Part shown: piece after piece, positions 14,611 to 29,762 of the stretch
How the letters are laid out: the number at the start of each line of letters is the position of its first letter
How positions within the stretch are numbered: position 1 is the first letter of the stretch
Translations under genes and position numbers: made by a program
Assembly: GCA_012295275.1 (NCBI GenBank)
Contig: CM022666.1
Coordinates: 15,128,001-15,192,000, forward strand
Direction of reading: 5' to 3'
Origin: Chrysomallon squamiferum
Taxonomy: Eukaryota; Animalia; Mollusca
DNA length: 64,000 nucleotides
Notes under the pieces: model-generated
Database searches by the model: none
The model's input: the letters and a program-made list of their open reading frames with translations, nothing else
Told to the model about the DNA's origin: nothing

Positions 14611-15205
14611 ATTTTATTTATTTATTTATTTATTGTACTCCATATTTATTTTTAATAACTACAATATCACTAAATATTATTTTTAATCAGAATCATTTAC
14701 ATTTATTTATTTTTCAATTTGTAATTAATTAAATAGTCAACTCAGTGAGATATACTTTGCTCAATAATCATTTTTTTTTTTTTTTTTTTTTCCCAATTAA
14801 TAAAACAAGTTGTATGTTACAAGAAATGTGTAATCATTAGTTATTTATGTTAATTAATTTACATTCTAATTTATTGGATTTATTTAACTTCTGTATAATA
14901 TTTATTGACAGATCAGCTTTCAACATGGTGTAAAATGGAATTTCAGGGTTAGATTAACAAAGACGTGCATGCACCCATACATACATATGTGTTTATGTAT
15001 GTATGTATGTATGGGTGTATGTATGTTGATAGATACATACATATATATATATATACATACATATCTTGCAATCACTATAAACAATGGCAAGATATGATAA
15101 TAACTAGACAAACCTTTGTATTTATTTTTGGTTACTGCAGAGCCTCGTTGCATCTGCCATTCTTACCTTTGCAGAATAAAGCCAATATCTTAAAACAGAA
15201 ACAGT

Positions 15206-15259
<54 letters not shown>

Positions 15260-16773
15260 AGATATGGAGATTTGGGGCACTCTCTCTGCATCAAAAGAAT
15301 TTAAACAGTTCAGTTCAATTCAGAGCCAGATTTAACTAAGATCCAAACTCAGGGTGTCACATCTGAGAGGGCATTTTTGAGTTTCTGTTGAGTTATTATT
15401 CTGGTTAATGCTCATTAAACAAGGCCTTACAGATCTGTTTGAATTTCAGTTATTACTGTTGATATTTAAAACTTGTTAAACAAACACTTGGAGGACTCTG
15501 TTAATTTCGGTTCACTTATTGAACGATGTTATTATTCTCTGTTGATTTTTTTTTTTTTTTTTGTCAGTCAGAGCTTCTAAAGTTTTACCTGGATGAGCAG
15601 TTCACTGCGTGTAAAATTCAGTTTTATTTGGTGAGTTAATATTCTGTTTAATTTAATGATTTGCCAAACATTTGCTAAAATAATTTTTCTAAGTTTTACT
15701 ACAGTAATTATATGTGTGTGCACATACACACTCACACACACACACATGTCAAATAATCATTTTCAAAATTATTCTTAGGTCAAATAAATAAAACAGATTT
15801 GTCTTATCAAAAAATGTGTAAATAAATTTTAGAATATGTAGTGAAAACAGTAAATAATAATAAAAATAATAATAAGGTAAGAGTTAAAAAAAAAAGAAAA
15901 AAAACATAATTACAGTCAGACTTGTTATCCTTTATTTTTTTGAAAAAGTAACAGATTTATAACAAAATAAAATAATAATAATATATATATATATTTGATG
16001 ATAAAAAATATTTAAATTTAGTGAACAAGAAAACGTGTTGTAACACTAACTGATCAAGAGTGAAGAACATGGAAAAATTGCCTGTTTCACTTTTTTAACA
16101 TTTCAGTTAGTGAAATGTTCTCTTAGCAAGAAATAAAATGTATTTATAACACACCACAAACAGTGGACTTTATTCAGTAAAACATAGACACAGTCTCATT
16201 ATCCCGTTCCAAACTGGCATATTTCTGTTTTTTCAGTTCAGATAACTTTGAAGCCATTTCTACGTTATAACACATTTAAACTGACTTCTGTAACTGATCA
16301 TGTTTTTTATTCCACAATTCATTTTCCAGAAGCAATAATTATTAAGTATTTTTATGATTTTTTTACCTGATTTTTCTTTTGAGAATATTTTTCTTTTGTT
16401 TATTTCACAGAAAGTGTATGTGGAACAAAGCAAATAAAAAAGGTTTTTGAAAATTTTGTGTTTTTCAAAATAATTATTACTTTCTTGGAAAATTCTTGAA
16501 AAGGCCTGAATTCACGAAATCTCCCAGGTAAATCAGAAAAACTGTCATCTTTTTAATTCAGTGATTGTTTTCATAGATCATGAATTACAGTCATGAAAAC
16601 CAAAAATGAATAGTAATCATAATTAATTTAAATATGAAAATGTAAAAAAAATGTCTTATTTATATATTTGCTTTCTTTTTATATCTGAAATTTAACTTTA
16701 AAAATTATTATTTATTTAATTCGCTAGACAGTCCAAATTAACATTTATTTAATAAAGAAAGAATTTAATAATT

Positions 16774-16817
<44 letters not shown>

Positions 16818-17476
16818 TAATAAATAAATATGTAAAAATGAACATAAATAAGAAAAATAATTTGTTTAAATTAGACATCTTCACTATTTTTAAATTTCAT
16901 AAATTTTAATATCTAAAAAGGCTTATTTTTAATTTGAAACATTTATTTGTGTTGTAGACAGCATATTCTGAACACTGTATAATCTCTTCTCTTTTGATAT
17001 TTTTAAAACCATTTTGCTTTGCTTTTATTTGTCTTTTTTTTTTTTTTTTTTTAATTTCAAACCATATATAACATGAAAAAGAACAAATTTGAAATGGGAC
17101 TGAACAAATATACAAAACAGAAAAAACAAAACAAAAAAAACATGTTTAATATTTTCAGTATTATGTGCAATCATAAATTAATATCAATACAACATTTGAA
17201 AATAATTATGTTATCATAATTAACATAACATTATTTTTTTTAAATTGAAATGCTTATTTCATCTGATGCATTTAATATGATTTTTATTGCACACATAAAT
17301 TGTTCATTTACATTTTTTTATACTTCACAATAAACTAAACAAAAGTTACATTTACTAATCTTATTTTTATTTTATTTTTTAAATTCAGATTGACTAATAA
17401 TTAAATTCATTAAAATATCAATCATTTTTAAAAAAAAATAATAAGAAAAAGAAAAGCATAAATAAAAAAAAAAAAA

Positions 17477-17515
<39 letters not shown>

Positions 17516-18716
17516 AACAAAAAAGAAGAAGAAATTGATAGTTAATTTTAAAACAGTTTGAAGATATTTAATATCTGTATATATTGTATTGTTCCAATTG
17601 ATTTGTTTAATTGTTTGAGACAGCCAATCTTTGCTGCTAAAAAACTTAGAGGCATATTATTATCATACTTTATTATTGGCTAAGTTTGGCATTTCAAACA
17701 ATATACATTTAGGTTGTTTGTTCAATTCACCGGTGTAAATGGTAAATAATCAATTCATTGATTTACTAGCTAAAAGAAAAACTATGTTAATACTTCTTTA
17801 GCAAAATTGTGTTAATTATATATATATATATAAAACCAGAAGTTTTTTTTTTTTTTTTTTTATAAATCTACTCTGAAACTGTATCTGCTTTGAAACTGTA
17901 TAAAACTATTACCTTTTTATTACTGTTACTAATTTTAATATTACTAATCCTGCTATTACTTACTGCTACTGTTGTTATTGCTATTATAATAGTAACTTAA
18001 TAATTATTATGTTTAATGTAACAACTAATTCACAAAGCTAAAGTAGATCTTATTTTACAATCTTAAATTTATCCATTTGTAATTTTTATAAAAATTGCTA
18101 AATGTTAACTCTTTTTTTTTTAGACATTTTGGATGTAGCAGCCATGAAGTTACTACTTTATTATCATAAACTAATTTAATAAAACAAAAATAAAAAATAA
18201 TTAAAATACCATTTCAGTTAAAATTAAATGAAATGTTTTTAATAATATAATAATATAAAAAAAATCCTGATATAATGAATAAAAGCTGGTTGTTTAATAA
18301 ATACTAATTATTTGTAGTTTCTGAATATTTTCTTCAAATTATTAAACTATTTAAAATATAATTAATATGAATTTGAATAGTTTCAGTTTATTTTCATTAG
18401 CTGTTCTTAATTTAATTTTTTAAAATTATTTTTTTTAACCTTAGCACAAAAGCTGTTAACAGAAATCTTTGTTAAATAGCATAACAATACATTATTTATT
18501 GTAAAAGAAAAAAAAATTTTTTTTTATTTATTTACATGATTTATTTTATAAAACTATTTTACCATCACTGAGCAAATATCTTGTAGAATCATAGAGCCTG
18601 AAATTTGATAATTAACATAATTATTTAACTATAAATCGAGTTTGCTTTACTAAAATGTAACAACCTTAAGTTTGTCATGTGACAGTAAGATTCATATGAA
18701 GGTAATCAAAATGCTG

Positions 18717-18762
<46 letters not shown>

Positions 18763-21324
18763 CTTTTTAAAACAATTATTTTATTTATTTATTTTCTTTT
18801 AATTATTCTTTCAAACTGATTTCTGTTTTCCTGTTTTTGCTTCCATGTGTGTAAATATGTGAATATTACAATATTTTTAGGTACAAAATGCATAACAATG
18901 GTGCCAAAGCTTTACATAAAATAAAGTTATCATTCTGCCATCAAGAACAGTCTGAAAACAGAGAAGATTTTATTGTTTTTGTTGCCCATTAATAACGATT
19001 CCTTTGAATGTGAAAATAATCATTGAACTTTGTTTCATTTTCTTAAATAAATGCATACGACACATAACATTTTGTTTCTTTTCTGTTTTTATTGGTATTT
19101 ACTTTAGATGATTTTACAGCTAGTGATTATCTACTGTGAAAGGGTTGTATAATGTGTGCAGCTCACTCCATTTTGTTTTTTTTAATGAATTTTTTTGATG
19201 GTTATTAAAATTCATGTTTCAGTGACATTCTTTTCATGAACAATTAATGAAATAGCATGTATTATGAGTATGTGTGTGTGTGTGTGTGTGTGTCTGTGTG
19301 TGTGTTTCATTGTTTAATCAGGCCAACATCTTTAACATCTTTATGAGTCATCTCCTGTCTTTGTCAACATGGTACTTACTGTAGAATCGAAATTTTTATT
19401 AACCAACAGATGTTAAAATTCTAATTAAATATAGGTCATCAGTATATTAATAACACCAACAGGAGTAATGTTTTTATTAATTATAAATAATGATGATGAT
19501 AATGATAAAATAGTAACAATAAATTAAAATTAAAAATTAACAATATCATTAGAATTATTAATAAATAAATAAATAAATAAATAAGTAATTAATTAAATAA
19601 AACGTAACATAAACAAAACACGACCTTAGTAAAAAGAACAGTTATTTTGTATCTTAAAGTTGAGTAATTTATTAATAAATTATAAATATTCCATGTATCT
19701 GTAAATCATTTGCATATTTTCATACGTACACTGAATCAGAAATGAACCATATATACGAAAACACGTTTTTATTATATTCTACATTCACGTAAAAAACAAG
19801 AATAAAAGAAAAAAAAGAAAGTAAGAAAAACAACGAAAGAACACACAAATAGGGCCTACTCTCAATCACACACAGACATATTTACACAAAAATACACACA
19901 CACAGACACACATACATAAACATACATGGACACACACAGACACAAATATTCCCAGGCAGCCATGACCTCTCTTTCATTGACCTATTCACGTGACCTGTGA
20001 CACTACTATCTGCAGTTTCAAGAACGCGTTCGGCTGCCGTGTTAAACTGACGATTTCCACTGATTATTTTCACGAAGTCAGATTATGTTGTGTACTAACA
20101 GTCAAATATGTCTTCCCATTTCAATGAAACTGATACGTTTTGCGTTTTATGTTTTCACCATTTTCAAAGTTTAAGGCATTTCTTTCTTGTGTTTTTTCTT
20201 TTTTTAATCTTTTTTCTTTATTTTTATTTTGTTTTTCTTATAATTTTTTTAATATTAAACACGCACACACACATGCACACGCACAGAAGCAAGCACAATA
20301 TATGTTTATAAATTATTTATTTATTTATTTATTTTATCATCATCATCATCATCATCATTATCATCATCATCATCATCATCATCATCATTATTATTGTTAT
20401 TATTATCATTTATTTATTTATTTGTTTATTTACTTATTTGTTTATTTACTTATTTTATTTTATTTTTTGATATCATGTTTGTACATTGCATTTTGATGTT
20501 GTAATGTGCCAGACTTTTATTTATCATAATCTTTGATTTCATTAAAACTAATATAATCTTAATTCTACTTTTTATCATTGAAATGTTTTCTCTAACTTGA
20601 AAACTTCAGAGCATTTTTAAAATTCTTAAATCTTAAAAAAAAAAACAAAAAAAAAAAATCATATTTTTGGTTACTATACCATCTTGGTTAAAGTTCTCTG
20701 TGAAAATAGCATATGTATGTATTTATATCAGGATTTTCTTTTGGAGCTTTTTAAAGCACAAAGCACAACACACACACACACACATATAAGTGTTGATGTT
20801 TCTTGTTTTCATTTTTAACATATATTTGTATATTTATTTTGTATATTTTTTATTTATCTTTTGTAAAGTATTTATTTTGTATATTTATTATTTTTTAAGT
20901 ATATTTATTTATTTTTCATATTTTTATTTTAAAATAAATATAAAATAGATATATTAAAAAATCAAAACAATAAAAAAAAATATGATTTACACACAAAAAA
21001 AAAAAAAGATACATATATCACTATATGTGTATGTGTATATCTATATATATATAGGTGTGTGTGTGTGTTGTGTTTAAAAACTATGTCAAACAAAACTGAA
21101 TTAGTTGATTAAATAATGACCTTGACCTATAAAGGATTTAACAACCAGTTTCCATTTACAGTATGCACTGTAATGTGAAGATAATTATAGATGTTCTACA
21201 TAATGACAGGAATACAATATTCATAAGTACCAATAAAAAGAATAACATGTTTCTGTCCCCAAGCTACTTACTGTGTTGTGAATGTTTTTAAATAAACTTT
21301 ATTAAAATAAGTTAGTTAAGAGAT

Positions 21325-21605
21325 TATAACTGACCATTTTCTCTGTAACAAACAGTAACAAGTTGTAACTATGATTTGAACTGTAACAGTAACAAGTAGT
21401 AACTGATTTTCTCTGTAACAAACAGTAACAAGTTGTAACTGTGATTTGAACTGTAACTAACAGAAACAAGTAACTGATTTTTACTGTAACAAACAGTAAC
21501 AAGTAACTGTGATTTGAACTGTAACTAACAGTAACAAGTTGTAACTGTGATTTGAACTGTAACTAACAGTAACAACAAACTGCAGATTTGAACTGTAACT
21601 AACAA
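21325..21605. repeat. Irregular minisatellite (AACAGTAACAAG...GTAACTGTGATTTGAACTGTAACT)
   Basis: About 8 units of ~30-40 bp with shared cores. Confidence 0.9.
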
Positions 21606-21744
21606 AGTTCTATTTTCTGTTCAACTGATATATATATATATATATATAACAGTGAAACAACTGTTTTTTTTATAACCAACACTACTAACAAATGCAGATT
21701 TCCCACACAACACATCTATATATATGTGTGTGTGATGCGTGTGT

Positions 21745-21785
<41 letters not shown>

Positions 21786-24700
21786 AATGATAAAACCTAT
21801 ATATAGTACATACACACACAGACATCTATATATACTGATGATAAAACTGTTTCTATATATAGTAGATATAAGCACACACACACATCTATATATACTTATG
21901 TTAAAAAACTTTCTATCTATAGTAGATATAAGCACACACACATGTTATCTACTGACATCAGTGTTAACTTTCAATCTATAGACAATAATAATAATGACAT
22001 CAATGTTAACCAAAAATAATAATAACAATGTTAATAGTAATAATAACTGAAAAAAAAAAAAAAAAAATAATGATTGTGCAAAATGGATATTAAAACTTTC
22101 CCAATAACAGTTTTGAATTTGGAATTTTTATTTACAATAATTAAACAAATGTAACTGTTGTCTGACACCAGTTGTTTTGTTTTTCTAGCACTACATTACA
22201 TAGACAGGAATGAAAACAACTGAATAAATGACATGTTATGTATTTTGTTTTATGTAATTCATGTTAATAAACTATGCTATCTTTGCATTTAATATTGAAT
22301 AAAATGCCTCCCACTAAAATACATGGGTATGTATGTATGTATGTATGTGTATGTGTGTCTATATGTGTGTGCGTGTTTGTTTGTGTATGTACATATATAT
22401 GTGTGTGTGTGTGTATTTATGTATATTTATGTATGTAATGTATGTTTATATATGTGTATGTGTGTGTGTGTGTGTGTGTGTCTATGTATTTATGTATGTA
22501 ATGTATATGTTTATATATGTGTGTGTGTGTGTGTGTGTGTATTTATGTATGTAATGTATGTTTATATATGTGTGTGTATGTGTATGTATGTATGTAATGT
22601 ATGTTTATATGTGTATGTGTGTATATATATATATACGTGTGTATATGTGTATATGTATGGTTATCAGTATATTATTATATCAACATCATCATCAAACTGA
22701 TAGTTATTTATATTAGATTTTATTTACCTATTTCTTTTATTTGATTAAAGTGAAATTATTTATTTTACTTAATTATATACAACAATATAAAACTCATCAT
22801 TCCTAACAGCAGTAGCTTCATTGATTTCATTGTTACTATAAATCACAAAATAGTTCTTAAAAAATAATTAGTTTATTATTTTTAAATGAAAACGATTTTC
22901 AAAAAGGTATTTTAAGATCTAAATCAGCAATTAAACACTAAAGAAGTAACTTTGAACAATATACACCATGAGAATTGCATCTACTTATATGGATTTACTG
23001 AATTAAGTCTATAGAAAGTATTTACTATAATAATTCTTTAATGAATTTGAAAAAACAAAATGGAGTTAAAATAATTATATATTTGGTTTTGAATAGTAGT
23101 TCTCTTATGTTTTGTAGTAAATAATATATATATCTATAGATATATACATACATACATAGATAGGTAGATTGATATTTATATTTATAAATACACAAACGTT
23201 ATTAGAAAAAAAATTACCACTAATAATAATAAATATTAATAATAATTATACTAATTATAATAACCAAAACAGACAATTATATTATTTTTTGCACATTTAA
23301 TTCCAACAAGCTGTTAAATAAAGCAAGAGTTGTATACATAATATTTAAATACTGATAAACGTGAAGAAAAATGTTGTTACCACACAATTTAAAATTTAAC
23401 AATTAAATAACAACAAAACTGCACAACAAGCTTTGAGCTTCTATCACAAGTAAATCGGAAAAAAGAAAGAAAAAAAAATGAAGGCAAGAGAAAATATTTT
23501 AAAATGCTCAAGAAATTATCTAAGTTTTTTTCTAATGGTAGGAGTATTTGGGAGAGGACTGCAGCAAAAGGACGAAAAAACAACAACAACAAAAAAATCT
23601 TCTATGAATGGCAGATTAAGCCGTATGTCTGGAATAAAAGTAGTAATAATGTTAGGGCAAAACAAGTTGACCCAAACATTTTATCAACACATCTGCATTC
23701 TGCTCTAAATAGTTTATGATTAATAACAAAAAAATAAATAAAAATAAAAAGTAAAAAAAATCTGACTTTTTCTCTTAAATATTTTTCTATTCAGATAAAA
23801 AGAAAGAAGCTTATTTCTGCACCTTTACTGTAAACAGCACCTTATAGTATTTGAAATATATGTAAATAATAATAAAAAATTACATTATAAAATAAGAAAA
23901 AGTTTCTAAATTTTATTCCTTAAAAATGATTAATATATTGAATATAAACACAACCTATAAAAAAACATTTATGTTGGTTCAAATTGTTTACGAAGAAAAA
24001 TGTTTCTAAAATTTGTTTTCTCTCAAAAATTGTGGATAATCTTTTTTTAAAATAACAAAATAATTAAAGTGGAATGTTGCATCATGTCTTTTATATTTTA
24101 ATTATAAATTTACAGCTATTTTTTTATTAAAAATTAATCACTAAGAAGATATATGTATACACAATTTAATCAAATTTTTTTTACACTGTTTAAAATATGT
24201 AAATATATACAAGACAGAGTAATTTCATTATTCTAAACTTATTAATATTTTCCAGAAAATGCTTGATTATAAATTTAAATGATACTTTTAAAATATGACA
24301 AGGTATAATCTTCATATTAAAGTTTCTAAAATTGTCCAGAAGATATGAATGAACGACTTCAAAATCGAAAAGAGTAAATTATCTAATTTTATATAAATAT
24401 GTGATTTTCAAAATAAAAAAAAATTACATCAATACTGTACAAAAAAACTATGAAGTTGATTTAGAAAACAACTAGTAACAGTTATATCAGTTTCAAAATT
24501 CAAAATTCACACATTAAATAATAAAATATTATACTACTACATTTAATAAAAAAAAACCAAGTGGTTGACTGCATTCAATTAAACCTGCACACCTAAATAT
24601 TTATTATTATTCTTACTAAAAAAATTAATTCTAATAATTGTCAAGTTATAAATTATTATACGTGTACAGAATAGTTATCTTAAACAATAAATAAATAAAT

Positions 24701-25136
24701 AAATAAATAAATAATAAAATGAATTATCTTTGTTTTTCTGGGTAACTATTTTTTAATGCACAATATGAACAAATGTATTAAATAAAAGTTTTGTAATAAA
24801 ATAATTTCAAAATAATAATATATATACACTTTTTTGGTTCAAATTGCAAAAAAAAAAATCAAAAATATATAAATAAATAATAATAATAATACAATTTTAG
24901 ATAAAAAAAAATCAAAAGACCTGGGTTATAAATTAAAACTGGAATGTTATGTCATTTTGTTTTAATTAACTGATGATTAGCACAGCAATAACATTTTCAG
25001 AATTTCTTTGTTAGGTAAGATTATCATTGCAAAAATACACCTAAAGTAAAAAACATTAAAGCAAAATTTCTACTCTAAATTCACGAGATCATACGAAATG
25101 TTAAATTCTAATGATTATATAAAGCGTCAAGTATAA

Positions 25137-25172
<36 letters not shown>

Positions 25173-27694
25173 ATCGAAATAAAGTATCTAATTATATTCA
25201 GTTTTCAAAAAGAAAACAAAATTAATGCATAAAGCAAGCAGTTAGAAACTTTGCCTTTTTCACTAATGTTTGAAAAAAAAAAGCACTTAACTTTTATTTC
25301 AGTTTAAACAAAAACTGATTACAATTAAATGCTACAATAAATAATTTTCTCAGTATGATCAAAAATTCCATGAAAAAGTCTAACGATTTTCTATTTTTAA
25401 ATTCTTGTCTTCAAACAATGGCATTTAATTATTCAAGATTTGCTTTAAAACTTTTAATATAAAGTGATTTATGGAGGAAATCTAAAAGCAGCAGTCTAAT
25501 AATGAATAAAAGCTAATGTTGTGCTTTGTTTCGACAATTAAAAATATTAAAATGGATTTTGTGACCTTTTGAAAATGTGACCTTTATGACACACTGAAGT
25601 CTAATGAATCAGCTACTTATTCATATATTTTTTTCTATAGTATTTATTAATTAAAATAATTCTATATATAACAAGTTTTATATTCTGTGACAAGAATAAG
25701 GGATATTTTATTTATTTATTTACAGGTTTATTCCCTAATATCAGTACTCTATTGATTTCATTGATTTCTTCTGGTTTTAATACAGATGACATAATAATAA
25801 TAATAATAATAATTAATAATAATAATGATAATGACAACAATTACAACAACAACAGGACTGATTATAATAATTATAGTAATAACAGGAAATTAATAAAAAT
25901 ATTAATTGAACAAATCAAACACAAAACAATGGAGCTGACTATAATATAAAATAGTTTAACCTTATGCAAAATTAAGATTAAAATTAACAAAATGATCATT
26001 ATTAAATGAACATAACAAGAAATAATTCATTATTAGAATGAATCATTCAGAATTTCTATCAGAAAAACAATATGCAAACATTAACATTGGGAAAAGAAAA
26101 CCCACGTACATGAAAGAAAACAAAACAACAAAAAAAAGAAATGAATAAAACAAATTCAGGTAATTAACAATTTAAAATATGTATATGACAAATATTAATA
26201 ACATTTTCATGAAATAAAAAACAAAACAACTTTTTTTTTTTAAAACTGTAACAAAACAAATGTAGTCAAGTATACATTTGATTTTGTTTCATACAAATGC
26301 TACAGAAAGGAAATTTCAACTGATCCAATTTTACTGTGTTTTATGTGGATTTTAAAAAAAGTTGTCACAACACTGATGTCAGGAAGGAGCTTTTAAAAAC
26401 AAATGCATCGATTGATTTGGATTTTATGTAGTTTTCTTTTCAAATTAAAAGTTCTTATTGCAAAACTGGATGTTTTGGGGTGGGTTTTTTTTTTTTTTCA
26501 AGCTTTTAGCCATAACTATATTTGTAGTGATTTTCTTTAAAACAATATATCTCTTAAAACTCAACAAAGAGGTTTTTTTTTTTTTAAAAAGTAACAATAA
26601 TACATTAAAATCTTACAAGGGAAAAAAAAAAGTCTTTTTAAAATGTAGAACAACTCCACAACACCAAAAAATAAATAAAAATTAAAATTTACCATTATGA
26701 TTATTATACAGAAAGTTAAAAAATTTTTACAAATTGCAGTTGATGTGTTTGTTAGTTTTTCTTATAACAGAATTATAATTATAAATAGACTAATCAGACA
26801 TTCAAATTTTTTCTTTTTTACTCATGATTTGTGTAAACAAAATCAAACACACTTTTCAGACAGGTAATATAATTTACTCACAATCTAATTATTTTGATTT
26901 CTTTTCAACATTAAGCTTAAAAATGTTTTCAGAAAACAACAATCTTCATGTCTCAGAATTTAACATTCAGTCAATGTGAACTGATACAATCCTTGCTGTT
27001 TAACCCCTAACTCCTCAAACTACAGAGTAAATATATAAATTATATACTGTATTTACTTTTAGTTGTTTTTAATTTTCAAATTCATATATTTTACCCTATA
27101 TATTAAAAAATGTAACAACATATAAGCCAACAATAGAATAATAATACTAATAGTAATAATAAAACAATCACAAAAGTTTGAATCACAAGTAAAAACCTTC
27201 AGCTTCCCAGCAAATACCTTTTCAATCCAAGTATTAAACAACTATCCTATTTGTTAAAGAAAATTAGAAATTTTCACAAATATCATTCATTTTATTTATT
27301 ATACATTTTAAACTGTATGTTTAAGACATTCTGGACTTTAACTGTTTTTATAATTAATTTCATTTATAAATATAAATTCTTTGATTAGTTTATAATTTAT
27401 ATTTAATTTATGGTTTTGTTTTATAATGGAACATTATTTTAATAATCATAGTAATTTTACTCTCCTCTGAAACTCAAATCATTATTAAAAATTATTTCAG
27501 CTGATGAATGAAAAGTGTATGATCATCCCATTTCCAAACGTGATCATTTATTTCTTAATAATACTAACATTATAAAGTGAAATATATTTATATAATAAAA
27601 AAAATAATAATAATAATTGTAAGAATAATGATAATAACTAGATTTCTGTTATATGTGAAACAACATTTATCCAAAGATGTGAATTGTTCACTTG

Positions 27695-27728
<34 letters not shown>

Positions 27729-27792
27729 TATTCAGCAAAAGAGAAATGTAGAGCACTTTCCAGGTGAATACTCTCTCAGACAGGTGAACTTT

Positions 27793-27864
27793 TTATGCCA
27801 CTTGTTCATACTTAGCTTTGTTGATGCTTTTTGCTAGGCAACCAGCAAGCACTGCACCAAGAAC
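27793..27864 (-). CDS. TSPAN7: Tetraspanin (TSPAN6/7-like), exon 7 (last coding)
   Basis: ATCAG|VLGAVLAGCLAKSINKAKYEQVA*; C-terminal YxxPhi (YEQV) like the TSPAN7 YEMV. All introns are phase 0; total 260 aa. Confidence 0.93.
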   Translation of the reverse strand, partial: VLGAVLAGCLAKSINKAKYEQVA

Positions 27865-28071
27865 CTGATTAATACAAAATAATAAAACAAGTTTAAAATA
27901 AACAAATAAATAAAAATAATGATGATGATAATAATAATGAGAACAACAATAATGATGATTTATGAGAGTAATAGTATAATAATGGTGATGAAAATAATAA
28001 AGTAATTAAACTCATCTCAAGCTGTGAAATGTAGGAAAGAGAACAGAATTTAAATATAAATAACAACTTAC

Positions 28072-28155
28072 TTGGAAAAATGAAATGCCAAGAGCCACTC
28101 CACCAATTGGTCCAATGTTGCCGTTAATGAAATCCACTACCAGCCTGTGACATCC
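28072..28155 (-). CDS. TSPAN7: Tetraspanin (TSPAN6/7-like), exon 6
   Basis: TTCTAG|GCHRLVVDFINGNIGPIGGVALGISFFQ|GTAAGT; 84 nt; final GC of the large loop and TM4. Confidence 0.94.
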
Positions 28156-28264
28156 CTAGAAATGTTAACAAATAAAATAAAAATAGTTAAAATAAATATT
28201 AAATAAATTTTCATAAAAAATATAAAATAATAACAGTAATAAATATTAATATATCATAATTGGC

Positions 28265-28305
<41 letters not shown>

Positions 28306-29493
28306 TATAAAAAAATAAATTAAATAAAAAAATAAAAAAGATAACTATTAAAAATAATAAGTAAAAAATAAATACACATTTTAAATTTTATTGAAATAAA
28401 TTATTAAAATTTTGAAATAGTAGTAATAAATAAAACACAAATATATATTTTATATTTTATTCATTATAATTATGTATGTATTTTAATTGTAATTTATTTA
28501 CCATTTTTTGTTTTTTTTTATTCAAAATGTAATTTTTTGTTTGTTTTATACTATTTATAAATTGCTATTTAAATTCAAAAATATTTTTACATTTACTTGT
28601 TTTTCTTCCTTCATAGAATTAACATTTATTTATTTTTAAAATTTAATTTATTACATTTAAATTTACTTATTTTCACATTTTACTCTCTATTATTTAATAT
28701 TTATAAAGTTTTAATATTTTTCAATTTGAATTTTATATGCCTTTTTATTGTGTTCTAATTGTATTGGCTACATCTCATTTTTATTTATTCATTTATTTTT
28801 TTTATCATTATTACTATTATTTTTAATTTACTTATTTAGGGCTTATTATTTTTTGTTTTACATTTATTTATTTTTTTCTTTACTACTATTTTACTATTTT
28901 TTCAATTTATTTTTTTCTCCCCATTTAAAAAATGCATTTTTACTTCTAATGTTTTCATTTTTCAATTTTATTGTTATTTATTTTACTTTCAAAATTCTAT
29001 TTTTTCTTATTTTGGGTGTTTCTTTTAAATTTAATTTATTATACTTATATTTTATACATTTTATTTACTATTTGTTTATTTATTCTTAATTTCATTCATG
29101 ATTTGAAATTCATTTTTCTTACTATGTTTTTATTTATTAATACTATCTACTATTTTCAGTTTTATTTACTTATTTTTATTCCTTTTAAAATTTATTTATT
29201 TAGTTCTTGTTATGATCACTTTTCAAAAAAATTATGTTTATTTACTGAATTTCAATTTTATTTGTTAACTTTCACTTTTTCATTTCATTTTTATTATTTC
29301 ATATCTTTTAATTTTATTTATTTCCTTTATCTCTTTTTTTTTGTACTATTTTAACTTATTTTTATCCTTTCTTTGTTACATTTAGGCACTTACTGTAAAT
29401 TAAATGAAATGGTAAATTTAAAAAAAATAAAACAACTGAAATATCTTTTGAAACAGAACAAATCCTGCGCATGATGTTGCTGATGTAACTTAC

Positions 29494-29661
29494 GCTTGTG
29501 TTGATGTCTAGGTCAGATGGTTTTGCATCTTTTGGGATGTTTGTGTTTCGACACTTCTTGACATCCACGTGGCAACATGAGTCAGGCACCGTTCTTGTCT
29601 TGTTGCTTTCCCAAGGTGACTTAAACCAGTCGGTGTAACTATCTATTCCACAGCAGTGAAG
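29494..29661 (-). CDS. TSPAN7: Tetraspanin (TSPAN6/7-like), exon 5
   Basis: TTCAG|LHCCGIDSYTDWFKSPWESNKTRTVPDSCCHVDVKKCRNTNIPKDAKPSDLDINTS|GTAAGT; 168 nt; diagnostic CCG and PxSCC motifs. Confidence 0.96.
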
Positions 29662-29725
29662 CTGAAAAAATATATAAACTGATTAATTAATTAATACAAA
29701 AAAATAATAATAAATAAAATTAAAA

Positions 29726-29762
<37 letters not shown>

